The notes: generated by a model not told the origin, from the letters alone. A DNA stretch of 64,000 nucleotides from Candidatus Woesebacteria bacterium (GCA_016432525.1 CP066693.1:547650-611649); one strand, 5' to 3'. Counted from the stretch's first letter, positions 39,902 to 49,523 are shown. Numbers and translations are program-made.

Positions 39902-41935
39902 ATGCCCGAAAAAGATCTAAATATTCCACAAATAAAACCATCGATTATTGATCCACCTCAAATCCATTTGGAAAGTGCTAAAAACATAGAAGGTGATATT
40001 GCTCCCAACTCAAAAGTGAAACTACCCAAGTTTAAATTCAAAATCAACTCCAAACTTCTCAAAATACTAGGAATTACAGGAGGCACAATACTTGCCATAA
40101 TCTTAATTTTTGCTATTTTGATTGGAATTCCAGCATATTCTGTCTATCAAAAATCTAAACTTTTAACCTCTGATATGAATTTGGCGAAAGAAGCCTTCAA
40201 GTCTCAAGATATCAATAAAGTAAAAGATGTTCTCACAAAATCAAAAACAGATCTAACAGCTTTTAATAGTTCGTATCAAAAACTAGCCCTTTTAAAAGTA
40301 ATTCCAATTGTTTCAAATTATTATAGCGATGGCCAGTCGGCCCTAAATGCTGGAGGTTATGCTCTCGATACTGGTGAAGTCGTCATAAAAACAATAGAGC
40401 CTTATGCAGATATAATTGGATTTACAGCAGGAGCTGCTAAACCAAAAGATGGTGGAGAGTCAGCAAACCAAAGAATTGATTTTCTTATAAAGACAATTAA
40501 CGATGTTCTACCAAAACTCGATGAAATCTCTCAAAAAGCCAAACTTGCCCAGGCCGAGATAAATAAAATAGATGCTGCACGTTACCCGCAAAACTTTAGA
40601 GGAATAAAAATACAAGAAAAAATTCGCGAAGTTCAAACTCTGATGGACGAGGCTACTCAATTTATTTCTCAAGGCCAACCTCTCTTAAAGGAAGCGCCTT
40701 ACTTACTAGGTAAAGATTCACCCAGAACTTACCTTGTTCTTTTCCAAAACGACAAAGAACTTCGTCCAACTGGTGGATTTATAACTGGATATTCAGTTAT
40801 GAAAGTGGTTAATGGTAAATTTGAACCAGTCTCATCAAATGATATTTATAATTTAGATTCGCTCTATTCTGGAAACATCGCAGCTCCCGATCCAATGATT
40901 AAATATCTTAAAGGCCCTTACGTAATATCAAATAAACTTCGCTTGCGAGATATGAATTGGTCTCCAGATTTCAAAACCAGTATGGATTCATTTGCAACTG
41001 AGGCCAAAAAAGTAGGAATTGGAAATATAGATGGAATAATTTCAGTAGATACCCAAGTTTTAGTTAAACTTCTAAATGTAATTGGAGTAATTGGAGTACC
41101 TGGTTTTGGGAATTATTCAACTCAAATCGATGCAAGATGTAATTGCCCTCAGGTAATTTACGAGCTCGAAAGCTTTGCGGATATAGAAGGGCCTGTTGTT
41201 TGGAGCGAAAACGAACCAGGTAAAATTGTTTTTGCCCCACCAAATTACGACAACAGAAAAAAGATATTAGGCCCGTTAATGAACTCAATCATGGCAAATG
41301 CTTTCGGTCAGCCAAAAGCAAAACTCCCCCAACTTTTCCAGGCAGCTTGGGAATCTCTAACCGAAAAGCATATTCTTTTCTATTCACTAAACTCAGATGC
41401 CCAAAAGGCAGCAGAAGAATTTAACATTGCAGGCCGTCTTAAAGACTATACAGGCGATTACCTTGAAATAAACGATGCAAACTTGGGAGGACGCAAATCA
41501 AATCTTTATGTAACTCAGGAGGTAGTCCAAAATGTTTCAAAAGCAAACGATGGAAGTCTGACCGTAAATCTTGAAATCACATATAAAAATACCCAAAGTC
41601 AAGATGGTTGGCTAAATTCAGTTCTCCCAAGTTATGTTAGGGTTTATGTTCCAAAAGATTCTCAATTAATATCAACAGAAGGATTTGAAGATAAAACTGA
41701 CCCCTATGAAGATTTGGGAAAAACTGTTTTTGCAGGACTATATAGGCTACGTCCGCTTGGAGTTTCAAAACTAACTCTCAAGTACAAGCTTCCTTTTAAA
41801 GTAACAAATGGCAGATATGATCTATTAATCCAAAAACAGCCAGGACTAGATGCTCCTAACTATACAGTTCAAATAAATCGCCAAAGTGAAGAATTTCAGC
41901 TTAAAACAGATCGTGAATTCCACTTCAAAATTTGA
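39902..41935 (+). CDS. DUF4012 domain membrane-anchored protein
   Basis: N-terminal TM anchor; the LVLFQNDKELRPTGGFITGYSVMKVVNGKF segment matches the DUF4012 core as I remember it. The family is common next to glycan loci in CPR and actinobacteria. Confidence 0.55.
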   Translation: MPEKDLNIPQIKPSIIDPPQIHLESAKNIEGDIAPNSKVKLPKFKFKINSKLLKILGITGGTILAIILIFAILIGIPAYSVYQKSKLLTSDMNLAKEAFKSQDINKVKDVLTKSKTDLTAFNSSYQKLALLKVIPIVSNYYSDGQSALNAGGYALDTGEVVIKTIEPYADIIGFTAGAAKPKDGGESANQRIDFLIKTINDVLPKLDEISQKAKLAQAEINKIDAARYPQNFRGIKIQEKIREVQTLMDEATQFISQGQPLLKEAPYLLGKDSPRTYLVLFQNDKELRPTGGFITGYSVMKVVNGKFEPVSSNDIYNLDSLYSGNIAAPDPMIKYLKGPYVISNKLRLRDMNWSPDFKTSMDSFATEAKKVGIGNIDGIISVDTQVLVKLLNVIGVIGVPGFGNYSTQIDARCNCPQVIYELESFADIEGPVVWSENEPGKIVFAPPNYDNRKKILGPLMNSIMANAFGQPKAKLPQLFQAAWESLTEKHILFYSLNSDAQKAAEEFNIAGRLKDYTGDYLEINDANLGGRKSNLYVTQEVVQNVSKANDGSLTVNLEITYKNTQSQDGWLNSVLPSYVRVYVPKDSQLISTEGFEDKTDPYEDLGKTVFAGLYRLRPLGVSKLTLKYKLPFKVTNGRYDLLIQKQPGLDAPNYTVQINRQSEEFQLKTDREFHFKI

Positions 41936-42010
41936 CCTAAATCTCTAGCTTGCATATAATTCCCTTAGCCAATAAAGGCAATTCGCACAATTTCAGTATA
42001 AGAGGTAAAA

Positions 42011-42325
42011 ATGTCGTTGAGTGTGACTCAGAAACTTGCTAAAGACCAATTCGACAAAAAATACCAAGAAGTAATTAAAAGAATCAACATAGCCTTTGGG
42101 AGAGTCGATGCAAACGGGTCAGATGATCTGCGTGAAACCTTAATTCTCATCTCCGACTTTACAAAGACCTTAAATGAACAACAAATTCCATTCAATCACA
42201 AGGAGCCAGGTAAACTTCCCACTTTTGGACAAACTATAAATTCATGCTTCTCGTTCATTCATGGTTTGCTAAATGATTTAGAAAAACTACTTGAAGAACA
42301 ATCTCAGCCTGTTTCTAAATCATAA
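42011..42325 (+). CDS. Hypothetical small protein
   Basis: 104 aa, no recognisable motif; followed by a strong intrinsic terminator. Confidence 0.4.
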   Translation: MSLSVTQKLAKDQFDKKYQEVIKRINIAFGRVDANGSDDLRETLILISDFTKTLNEQQIPFNHKEPGKLPTFGQTINSCFSFIHGLLNDLEKLLEEQSQPVSKS

Positions 42326-42331
42326 TTTTTT

Positions 42332-42374
42332 CCAGGAATCTTCTCTTAAAGCCAAAGATTCCTGGAATTTTTTT
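42332..42374 (+). terminator. Rho-independent terminator
   Basis: Perfect 11-bp stem CCAGGAATCTT / AAGATTCCTGG with a 12-nt loop, followed by AATTTTTTT. Confidence 0.55.
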
Positions 42375-42389
42375 AAGCTATAATATGCT

Positions 42390-42935
42390 GTGAGATTTAA
42401 AACTTTTAAAAGTGAAGGAATAATTATTTCTCGCAAAAACTTCTCAGAAGCAGATCGCTTAATTACTTTGTTCACCAAAGATTTTGGCAAAATCACTCTT
42501 CTTGCAAAGGGCGTTCGAAAACCAAAAAGCAGAAAACGCGGTTCTCTCGAAATCTTTACTCTTGTGAGTTTTCAAGCCTCAGAAACAAATTCAATTAATT
42601 TAATTACAGAAGTAACTGCAATAAATAATTTTCCAAAAATTAGAAATAATCTAAAACGTACATCAGTAGCCTTTTTTATCTGTGAACTCGTTTCTCGCCT
42701 TACTCAATACGAAGAGCCTCATCTTGATTTATTTTTTTTAGTAGTTAATACTCTCAAAAATTTACAAACCTCGCAAAAACTAAGAGTTTTAAGAGAAAAT
42801 TTTATAAAAGATAGTGTAGTTCTCTTAGGCTTTTGGCCCTCATACAAAAAAATCGACTTTCCTGATAAATTGGTTGAAGAAATTGCCGAAAAAAGACTGT
42901 CTAGTATAAAAATCGGAAAACTCTTAAGCTCGTGA
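42390..42935 (+). CDS. recO: DNA repair protein RecO (short form)
   Basis: The N-terminal OB-fold pattern (EGIIISRKNFSEADRLITLFTKDFGKITLLAKGVRKPKSRK) matches the conserved RecO N-terminus. Its 181-aa length is shorter than the roughly 240 aa typical of RecO. Confidence 0.6.
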   Translation: MRFKTFKSEGIIISRKNFSEADRLITLFTKDFGKITLLAKGVRKPKSRKRGSLEIFTLVSFQASETNSINLITEVTAINNFPKIRNNLKRTSVAFFICELVSRLTQYEEPHLDLFFLVVNTLKNLQTSQKLRVLRENFIKDSVVLLGFWPSYKKIDFPDKLVEEIAEKRLSSIKIGKLLSS

Positions 42936-42965
42936 TACAATATTTCTCACGAGGTAGACGCTAAT

Positions 42966-44066
42966 ATGGCAAATACAATCAAATGCCCACATTGTGGAAA
43001 AATAGTTGAAATTACAGAAGCTCTTCGACACGAAATCAAAGTCGAAGTAGATGCTGAATTCGAGAAGCAAATAAGGGAAAAAGTTAAAGAAGAAACGTCG
43101 TTAGAAATTGAAAATCTTGAAAAATCGCTTAAAGAAAAAGAGAGAAAAGAAGATGAAAGGCGAGCTATAGAATTAAAATTACGAGAAGAGAATCGAAAAC
43201 TCATGGAAAAAGATAAAGATCGGGAAATCGAACTTCAAAGAAAAATAGACGAAGAAAGACAAAAAATAGAAGAAGAAGCTTTAAAGAGAGCATCCGAAGA
43301 GCATAGATTAAAAGATTTAGATAAGGAAAAGAAAATTTCAGATATGGAAAAGCTCATAGAGGAATTAAAAAGGAAAGCTCAACAAGGATCTCAACAAACA
43401 CAAGGAGAAGTATTGGAGCTAGATTTAGAAGAAAATTTACGATCAAACTATCCTCAAGATGATATTGAACCTGTTGGAAAAGGAGTCAAGGGAGCAGATA
43501 TTCGACAAATTGTTAAAAGTCCTAAAGGTAACATTTGTGGCGTGATCCTTTGGGAAAGCAAAAGGACCAAGAATTGGATTGACGAGTGGGCTACTAAATT
43601 AAAAACAGATTTGAGATCTGAAAAGGCAGACATTCCTGTTATTGTGACAACATCCGTACCTAAGAGTATTTCAAACGGATTGGGTTTTTATGAAGGAGTC
43701 TGGGTAGTTAAATTTGAACTAGCTCTGGTTCTAGCTCAACTTCTACGTAAGAATATTTTAGATGTAGCACGTCAAAAAGCCGTAAATGCTCAAAAGAGTG
43801 ATAAAGCGAGCTTATTGTATGATTATGTAATGGGGCATGAGTTTAGACAACAAGTTGAAGCTGTGGTTGAAATATTCAAAGAAGAGCAGGAACTCATTCA
43901 AAAAGAACGAACCGTATTCGAAAAAATTTGGAAAGCTAGAGAAGCAAGGAATAAGCGTTTAATTACATCAACTGCAAGCATCTATGGTGGCATCCAAGGA
44001 CTTGTTGGTACTTCAATGCCTCTGGTCAAAGGTTTAGAGATCGAAGAGCTTGAAAGTGGAGAGTAA
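42966..44066 (+). CDS. DUF2130-like protein: N-terminal zinc ribbon, long coiled-coil, C-terminal domain with a PD-(D/E)xK-like motif
   Basis: CPHCG zinc ribbon at residues 7-11; a K/E-rich coiled-coil of about 150 aa; C-terminal GADIRQIV...VILWESKRTK resembling a D...ExK nuclease motif. Confidence 0.5.
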   Translation: MANTIKCPHCGKIVEITEALRHEIKVEVDAEFEKQIREKVKEETSLEIENLEKSLKEKERKEDERRAIELKLREENRKLMEKDKDREIELQRKIDEERQKIEEEALKRASEEHRLKDLDKEKKISDMEKLIEELKRKAQQGSQQTQGEVLELDLEENLRSNYPQDDIEPVGKGVKGADIRQIVKSPKGNICGVILWESKRTKNWIDEWATKLKTDLRSEKADIPVIVTTSVPKSISNGLGFYEGVWVVKFELALVLAQLLRKNILDVARQKAVNAQKSDKASLLYDYVMGHEFRQQVEAVVEIFKEEQELIQKERTVFEKIWKAREARNKRLITSTASIYGGIQGLVGTSMPLVKGLEIEELESGE

Positions 44067-44105
44067 AAGTTGACAAAACAACTTCGTTTGCTACAAAATA
44101 AATAA

Positions 44106-44846
44106 ATGAAAAAGTTTCTACCATTTATTCTTCTCGGAGGTGGAGTAATAGTCTTCATTGTAGTTTTTATGTTTATCAAAAAATCTTTTCAGCCAGCAGC
44201 CGAGCCGACCCCAACAGATGAACCAGTTGTTGAGCTTAAGACTGAAGAAAGTCCTGTTACTTCTCTAACTCCCTCAGCCGATGGTCATTGGCTCAAGCTT
44301 AAAGTTGAAGGAATAAAGCTTAGTGCAAAAAGCATGGATTATGAACTTTTATACACCCTTCCTGATGGCCGCACACAGGGAGTTCCAGGTACAATAGATC
44401 TAAAAGGCCAAGACGCAATTCAAAGAGATTTACTTTTAGGTTCAGAATCCTCGGGAAAGTTTAGATATGATCAAGGGGTAAAAGGTGGAACTTTAACTCT
44501 CAAGTTCAGAGACAATTCTGGAAAATTAACTGGCAAACTCACAACAAACTTTACTCTTTCAAGTAATACAACAAATTTAGCCTCCTCAGATTCCAGTTTT
44601 AAATTCACTCTAGCATCGGATAACGGAAAAACTTTTTATATAGCAATGAAAACATTTGGGCTTCCAGATAAGGCTCCAGGTGTTTTAGCCTCAGGTCCTT
44701 ACGGAATATTTCCATCAGACACAATTTCTCATAAAGGAACAGTTACTTTAAGTGGTTCAAAGCCTTATGAATGGAATGGTGGAAGCTGGCAAAGCATTGA
44801 TACAAGCTCTTCTGTTGAGACCGGAATCTTCATTGGTACCAATTGA
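44106..44846 (+). CDS. Membrane-anchored extracytoplasmic protein, unknown function
   Basis: N-terminal TM helix (LPFILLGGGVIVFIVVFMFI) then a Thr/Ser/Gly-rich beta-like domain. Confidence 0.4.
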   Translation: MKKFLPFILLGGGVIVFIVVFMFIKKSFQPAAEPTPTDEPVVELKTEESPVTSLTPSADGHWLKLKVEGIKLSAKSMDYELLYTLPDGRTQGVPGTIDLKGQDAIQRDLLLGSESSGKFRYDQGVKGGTLTLKFRDNSGKLTGKLTTNFTLSSNTTNLASSDSSFKFTLASDNGKTFYIAMKTFGLPDKAPGVLASGPYGIFPSDTISHKGTVTLSGSKPYEWNGGSWQSIDTSSSVETGIFIGTN

Positions 44847-44911
44847 TCTCTTCTTGACATCTACTACTAAAATATATCAAAATGAATAGATCCAAAACTT
44901 TGTAGAACTAA

Positions 44912-45751
44912 ATGCACAAAAGTGTACTTGTTAAAGAAATAATTGATAGCCTGCACATTAATAGTCAATCTCGGATAATAGATGCAACTCTAGGAGCTGG
45001 TGGCCACACACAAGAAATAGTTAAAAGAGGAGCAAAAGTCTTAGGTGTCGAAACAGATCCAAAAATGCTTGAAATTGCCCGAAAAAACCTAGAAAGCTTC
45101 AAGGATAGAGTAATTTTTGCAAAAGGAAACTTTAAAGATATCGACTCAATAGCAAAAAATAACAATTTTGAAAAAGTGGACGCAATTTTATTTGATCTTG
45201 GAATAAGTAGCTTTCATATAGACGATTTCAAAAGAGGTTTTAGCTTTAGAGAGCGTGAAAGCCTTCTTGATATGAGGCTTGATCCAGATAGTCTTGCACT
45301 TAAAGGATCAGATCTACTAAACACTCTAAGAGAAGATCAGCTAAAAGAACTTTTTTCAGTATCAATTACAGAGCCTGATTTATCTAGACTTGTCAGAAAA
45401 ATCATAAATTATAGAATTCAAAACTTAATAAAAACTGTTGGCCAATTCAAAGAAATTGTTGATTCAGTTTCCTCTAGAGGTAGAAGCTTAATTCCATCTA
45501 CTCTCGCATTTATGGCAGTAAGAATAGCAGTTAATTCAGAACTTGATGTTTTAAGCCAAGCTCTTCCAAAAGCATATTCACTGCTTAAAAAGGATGGAAA
45601 ACTTTTGATTATAAGTTTTCATTCAGGCGAGGATAGTATAGTTAAGAAATTTTTTAAAAAAGAAGGAATTCTCATTATACCCACAAAAGAAGAGATTGAC
45701 GAAAATAGCCGTGCTCGGTCAGCAAAACTTAGGATTCTTACAAAAACATGA
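44912..45751 (+). CDS. rsmH: 16S rRNA (cytosine1402-N4)-methyltransferase RsmH (MraW)
   Basis: HKSVLVKEIIDSL...IDATLGAGGHTQEI...FDLGISS motifs of RsmH; first gene of the dcw cluster. Confidence 0.85.
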   Translation: MHKSVLVKEIIDSLHINSQSRIIDATLGAGGHTQEIVKRGAKVLGVETDPKMLEIARKNLESFKDRVIFAKGNFKDIDSIAKNNNFEKVDAILFDLGISSFHIDDFKRGFSFRERESLLDMRLDPDSLALKGSDLLNTLREDQLKELFSVSITEPDLSRLVRKIINYRIQNLIKTVGQFKEIVDSVSSRGRSLIPSTLAFMAVRIAVNSELDVLSQALPKAYSLLKKDGKLLIISFHSGEDSIVKKFFKKEGILIIPTKEEIDENSRARSAKLRILTKT

Positions 45752-46035
45752 TTAAAAATAAAAAAGTAAAAATCAACTTAATAATTATCGCCCTACTTTT
45801 CTTGGCCAATGTTTTAGTTTCAGTTGGAAATGGGAATTTTGGGTCAAACCTAGTAGATGTCGAAAAAAAATCACTTACACTGACTGAAGAGAACAAAAAA
45901 ATAAAACAACAGATAATAGCCTCTGACTCTCTAACAAAAATTGAACAACAAGAGCTCCAAAATGGTTTCCAAAAACCAGACAATATTGTCTATATAAAGA
46001 CTATTCCAACAGTCGCTCAAGCTTCCACTAAATAA
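45748..46035 (+). CDS. ftsL: FtsL-like cell division protein (small bitopic membrane protein with coiled-coil)
   Basis: 95 aa, one TM helix then a coiled-coil segment; positioned between rsmH and ftsI as ftsL is in dcw clusters. Confidence 0.45.
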   Translation: MIKNKKVKINLIIIALLFLANVLVSVGNGNFGSNLVDVEKKSLTLTEENKKIKQQIIASDSLTKIEQQELQNGFQKPDNIVYIKTIPTVAQASTK

Positions 46036-46038
46036 GAA

Positions 46039-47739
46039 GTGAAAAAAAGATTAACTGCTCTTTCATTAATCTATGTAGTAAGTATTCTTTTTATTTCAGT
46101 CCGTCTCTTTTTTTGGCAAATTGTAAAAGGATCCTCCCTTTCCCAAATTGCAACATCTCAATATCAAAGTCAGTCTCAAACTAAAGCTTTTCGTGGGGCA
46201 ATTCTTGACAGTGGTGGTTCATATCTTGTTGCAAGTGTCACCTCCTGGAGATTATTTGCAAATCCTCCAAAAATTAAGGATAACAAAAAAGTTATAGCAA
46301 ATACTCTTGCCCCACTTCTAGTTGAGGACCCAAAAGATATAAAAGATGAAGTTTCTCTTATAGAGAATGATCTCAATAGTAACTCTCCTTATATTCCAAT
46401 AAAAGAAAAAATAAGCGATGATGTAAAGAAAAAAATTGAGAATTTAAGTTTTACAGGATTGGGATTTGAAAGTATTGAAGATCGTCTATATCCAGAAGGC
46501 TCAAGTTCAGCCCAACTTTTAGGTTTTGTTGGCAAAGATAAGGAAGGCGGAGATGTTGGTTACTTTGGCTTAGAAGGTTATTACGACCTTCCTCTTAAAG
46601 CAAAAACAGGCTTTACAATTAGAGATACTGATCCATTTGGCCATCCAATTCTTTCAGGCGATTTAAGCTCGGTTCCTGAACTTGGAGGCGTAGATTTAGT
46701 AACCTCAATAAATAAAGGTATCCAACTTTTGGTTGAGCAAAAACTTTCAAAAGCAATGGAAACCTATGAAGCCAAATTGGGAAATGTCATAATTATGGAT
46801 CCTAAGGATGGCAAAATTCTAGCAATGGCTTCCTATCCCTCTTTCGACCCAAGAAAATACTATGATTATAGTAACGAACTTTTTAAAAATCCTAATATTT
46901 CAGATAGTTTCGAGCCAGGCTCCATTTTCAAGCCTCTGGTAATGGCAGCTGGCTTTGACTCTAAGGTTATTAATAAAAACACTTTCTGTGACATTTGTGA
47001 TAAACCTTACAAAGTTGATAAGTATCAGATAGAAACTTGGAACCAACAATACTTTCCCAATTCTTCCATGACAGATATTATTGTTCATTCGGATAATGTT
47101 GGAATGACTTTTGTGGGTCTAAAGCTTGGAGGTAAGCGCTTAATAGATTATATAGATAAATTTGGGATCGGTCACTTAACTGGAATTGATTTACAAGGTG
47201 AGGATACTCCTCCTTCAAGAAAAAAAGATGAATGGAACATAGTCGATGAGGTCACCGCGACTTTTGGACAAGGAGTTGCAGTAACTCCTATCCAAATGAT
47301 AAGGAGTCTATCTACAATTGCCAATGGTGGCTTCTTAGTAAGACCTCATGTAGTCCAAAGTATTAAAAAAGATGATTTTACAAAAAACGTAGAATTAGAT
47401 GCTCCAACTAGAGTAATAACCAAAGATGCAGCAAACACAGTAAAAGATATGATGATTAAAGCAGTTAAAGACGGTGAAGCAAAATGGGCAATGCCAAAAG
47501 GCTTTTTGATAGCCGGAAAAACAGGAACAGCTCAAATTCCAGTTGCCGGACATTACGACTCAAAAAAAACAATCGCAAGCTTTGTAGGTTTTGCTCCAGC
47601 CAATGATCCAAAATTTATCATGTTAGTTTCGTTAACTGAACCTCAAAGCTCTCAGTGGGGAGCAGAAACAGCAGCTCCCTTGTGGGCAGATATTGCTCGC
47701 GATTTATTCCCAATGCTTGGTATCCATCCAGAAAATTGA
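46039..47739 (+). CDS. ftsI: Class B penicillin-binding protein / peptidoglycan D,D-transpeptidase FtsI
   Basis: N-terminal TM anchor; SxxK (SIFKP), SxN (HSDN) and KTG (KTGTA) active-site motifs in the correct order. Confidence 0.85.
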   Translation: MKKRLTALSLIYVVSILFISVRLFFWQIVKGSSLSQIATSQYQSQSQTKAFRGAILDSGGSYLVASVTSWRLFANPPKIKDNKKVIANTLAPLLVEDPKDIKDEVSLIENDLNSNSPYIPIKEKISDDVKKKIENLSFTGLGFESIEDRLYPEGSSSAQLLGFVGKDKEGGDVGYFGLEGYYDLPLKAKTGFTIRDTDPFGHPILSGDLSSVPELGGVDLVTSINKGIQLLVEQKLSKAMETYEAKLGNVIIMDPKDGKILAMASYPSFDPRKYYDYSNELFKNPNISDSFEPGSIFKPLVMAAGFDSKVINKNTFCDICDKPYKVDKYQIETWNQQYFPNSSMTDIIVHSDNVGMTFVGLKLGGKRLIDYIDKFGIGHLTGIDLQGEDTPPSRKKDEWNIVDEVTATFGQGVAVTPIQMIRSLSTIANGGFLVRPHVVQSIKKDDFTKNVELDAPTRVITKDAANTVKDMMIKAVKDGEAKWAMPKGFLIAGKTGTAQIPVAGHYDSKKTIASFVGFAPANDPKFIMLVSLTEPQSSQWGAETAAPLWADIARDLFPMLGIHPEN

Positions 47740-48643
47740 CTGATTCTGATATAATTATATACGTTGTGGAAAGTTAATCATGGAAAACATAGAAAAAAAA
47801 GTAGTCTTAGTCATATATAGATGCGAATTAGGAAAAACTGAATTTCAAAAACAATTTAGTTTTTAAATGACGATACTCCACCAGAAGCACTACCTTGTAT
47901 ATGTGAATCAAAAAATCAAGAACATTCTGCTGTTATTTCTAAAATAGAAGTCGTAGAGCTATCTCAACCTCGAAGTCTTGAAAGAAAACTTTAAAAATAA
48001 TTAATGTTTAAAGATAGAAGACCAGGGATAGGTGAAGGAGAAGCAAACCAATATATTTATGCCTATGTCGATCAAAAAAAAGCAGGGTTCGATACGGCAG
48101 CAGTTTTAAAAGAATTGCAAACTTTTTACCCTTCAGACCTAAATATTAACAACTCGCAAAGATTCCCAACTATAATTTTGGGAATCGGATGTGTTTACCA
48201 TCTTCGGCTGCAATGTGTATTAACTTAATTAAAGGTCGACGGATAATAAGCGATTCAAACGAAACTTCTATTAAAGTAAGCGATATTTATAGACTACTGC
48301 TTCCACTTCACGGTAAAAACCTAGATTCACTATTCCCTTCCTTCCAGTGAAAGACAAGCTGATGACGAGAAAGTGCATTGTCAAAGGGCGCCGATTATCT
48401 CAATGAGGTCCGAACCAAGCAGGGGGACTGCAATCTGAAGAAGCTTGCTTGGGCGATGATGTGATTCATCAATTGACATCGGTTATAAGGTCATGATAGA
48501 GGAAGTAGGGGAGGGGATGCAACCGTGTGATATTGGGCCAAGAGACCTTCGTAGCCGAAACTTCCTAGAACTGTACAAGACTATACAAATGAGCAGGGCA
48601 TTGGCTCAGAGAGATCTATACTGATCACGCATGACAGATTGAC

Positions 48644-49024
48644 TTGGCAGAGGGGATCATGGCTGTACCACTTGTCCTCATCGTTGACGATGATCCTGCG
48701 CAGTTGATGTTGTATAGCCTGGTACTGCGACCGTTACCGTGCTACATTGCAACGGCACCGAGCGGCGAAGCAGCGCTCAAGCTGCTTGAGAATGCGCACC
48801 CGGCACTCCTGATAGTCGATATTCTCTTGCCCGGAATGAGTGGGGCAGATGTGATACGTACCATTAGGAAGGATGCGCAGTTTGCGCCAATGAAAATTGT
48901 TGCCCTAACTGTTGTTCCACACATGCTTGCCCAGGAGGATACGGCTCTTTGCAATGTCGTGCTTGCCAAACCAATCGGTGTGGCACAACTCAAACAAGTG
49001 ATTCGAGACTTGTTGGGTGTATAG
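48644..49024 (+). CDS. Stand-alone response regulator receiver (REC, CheY-like) domain protein
   Basis: LVLIVDDDPAQL (acidic pocket); phospho-acceptor Asp in LLIVDILLPGMSG; the downstream conserved residues of REC domains are present; 126 aa with no output domain. Confidence 0.75.
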   Translation: MAEGIMAVPLVLIVDDDPAQLMLYSLVLRPLPCYIATAPSGEAALKLLENAHPALLIVDILLPGMSGADVIRTIRKDAQFAPMKIVALTVVPHMLAQEDTALCNVVLAKPIGVAQLKQVIRDLLGV

Positions 49025-49426
49025 GTGGCTGATCCTCCCGTATTCCGATTCCAGTCGGCGGGACAAGGTAATTCTCGTTGCCCCAACAGTACAGCGAGAA
49101 TCTGTTCTTTGTCGCGCAAAGTCGCGGAATGTTGGAAAAGTCAGGCGAAAGGTGAGCCACGATCAAAGCGTCTAAAGCGTATGAAGTTAAATGTCGAGAA
49201 AACCAGTGTGAGTGAGAGTTTGGACCTGCAATCCATCCTTAAGTGTCCAGTATGCGGGTTTTCCAAAGAGGAAATCATGCCGACGGATAGTTGCCAATTC
49301 TTCTATACTTGCACAAATTGTCACACACGACTACGGCCTAAGCCTGGCGATTGCTGCGTGTTTTGCTCGTATGGGAGCAAAAAATGTCCGTCCAAACAGA
49401 GGGAGGAGTCCGATCAATTGCCGTAG
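49025..49426 (+). CDS. Cys-rich small protein with GDCCVxC-like metal-binding motif
   Basis: CPVCG...CTNCH...GDCCVFCSYG...C cluster; translational junction ATG right after the REC stop; the alternative start at the Met at 49181 gives about an 81-aa product. Overlaps a convergent small ORF at its 3' end. Confidence 0.4.
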   Translation: MADPPVFRFQSAGQGNSRCPNSTARICSLSRKVAECWKSQAKGEPRSKRLKRMKLNVEKTSVSESLDLQSILKCPVCGFSKEEIMPTDSCQFFYTCTNCHTRLRPKPGDCCVFCSYGSKKCPSKQREESDQLP

Positions 49427-49523
49427 TCTGCGCCGTTTCCATCAAGCTACAGGAGGAAAGGGGAATAAGGGCGGTAACGAAAACCAGTACAATGAGACGC
49501 ACAATAATACTTTTTTGCGACAT
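49338..49523 (-). CDS. Possible small lipoprotein (61 aa)
   Basis: MSQKSIIVRLIVLVFVTALIPLSSC has a signal peptide with a lipobox-like LSSC. Overlaps the 3' end of the plus-strand Cys-rich ORF, so one of the two may be spurious. Confidence 0.25.
   Translation of the reverse strand: MSQKSIIVRLIVLVFVTALIPLSSCSLMETAQTTAIDRTPPSVWTDIFCSHTSKTRSNRQA

Noticed and set aside
48004-48228. 74-aa ORF in the A+T-rich spacer between ftsI and the island
   Set aside because: No RBS and odd composition. It lies where murE/murF remnants would be expected. Possibly decayed sequence rather than a gene, and too weak to call.
48230-48640. 400-bp G+C-moderate non-coding stretch at the left end of the island, considered as a possible structured ncRNA, group II intron fragment or RNase P/tmRNA
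   Set aside because: None of the conserved motifs of these RNA families (group II domain V, RNase P P4, tmRNA tag-reading frame) were found. Probably the promoter/leader region of the REC gene or decayed coding sequence.
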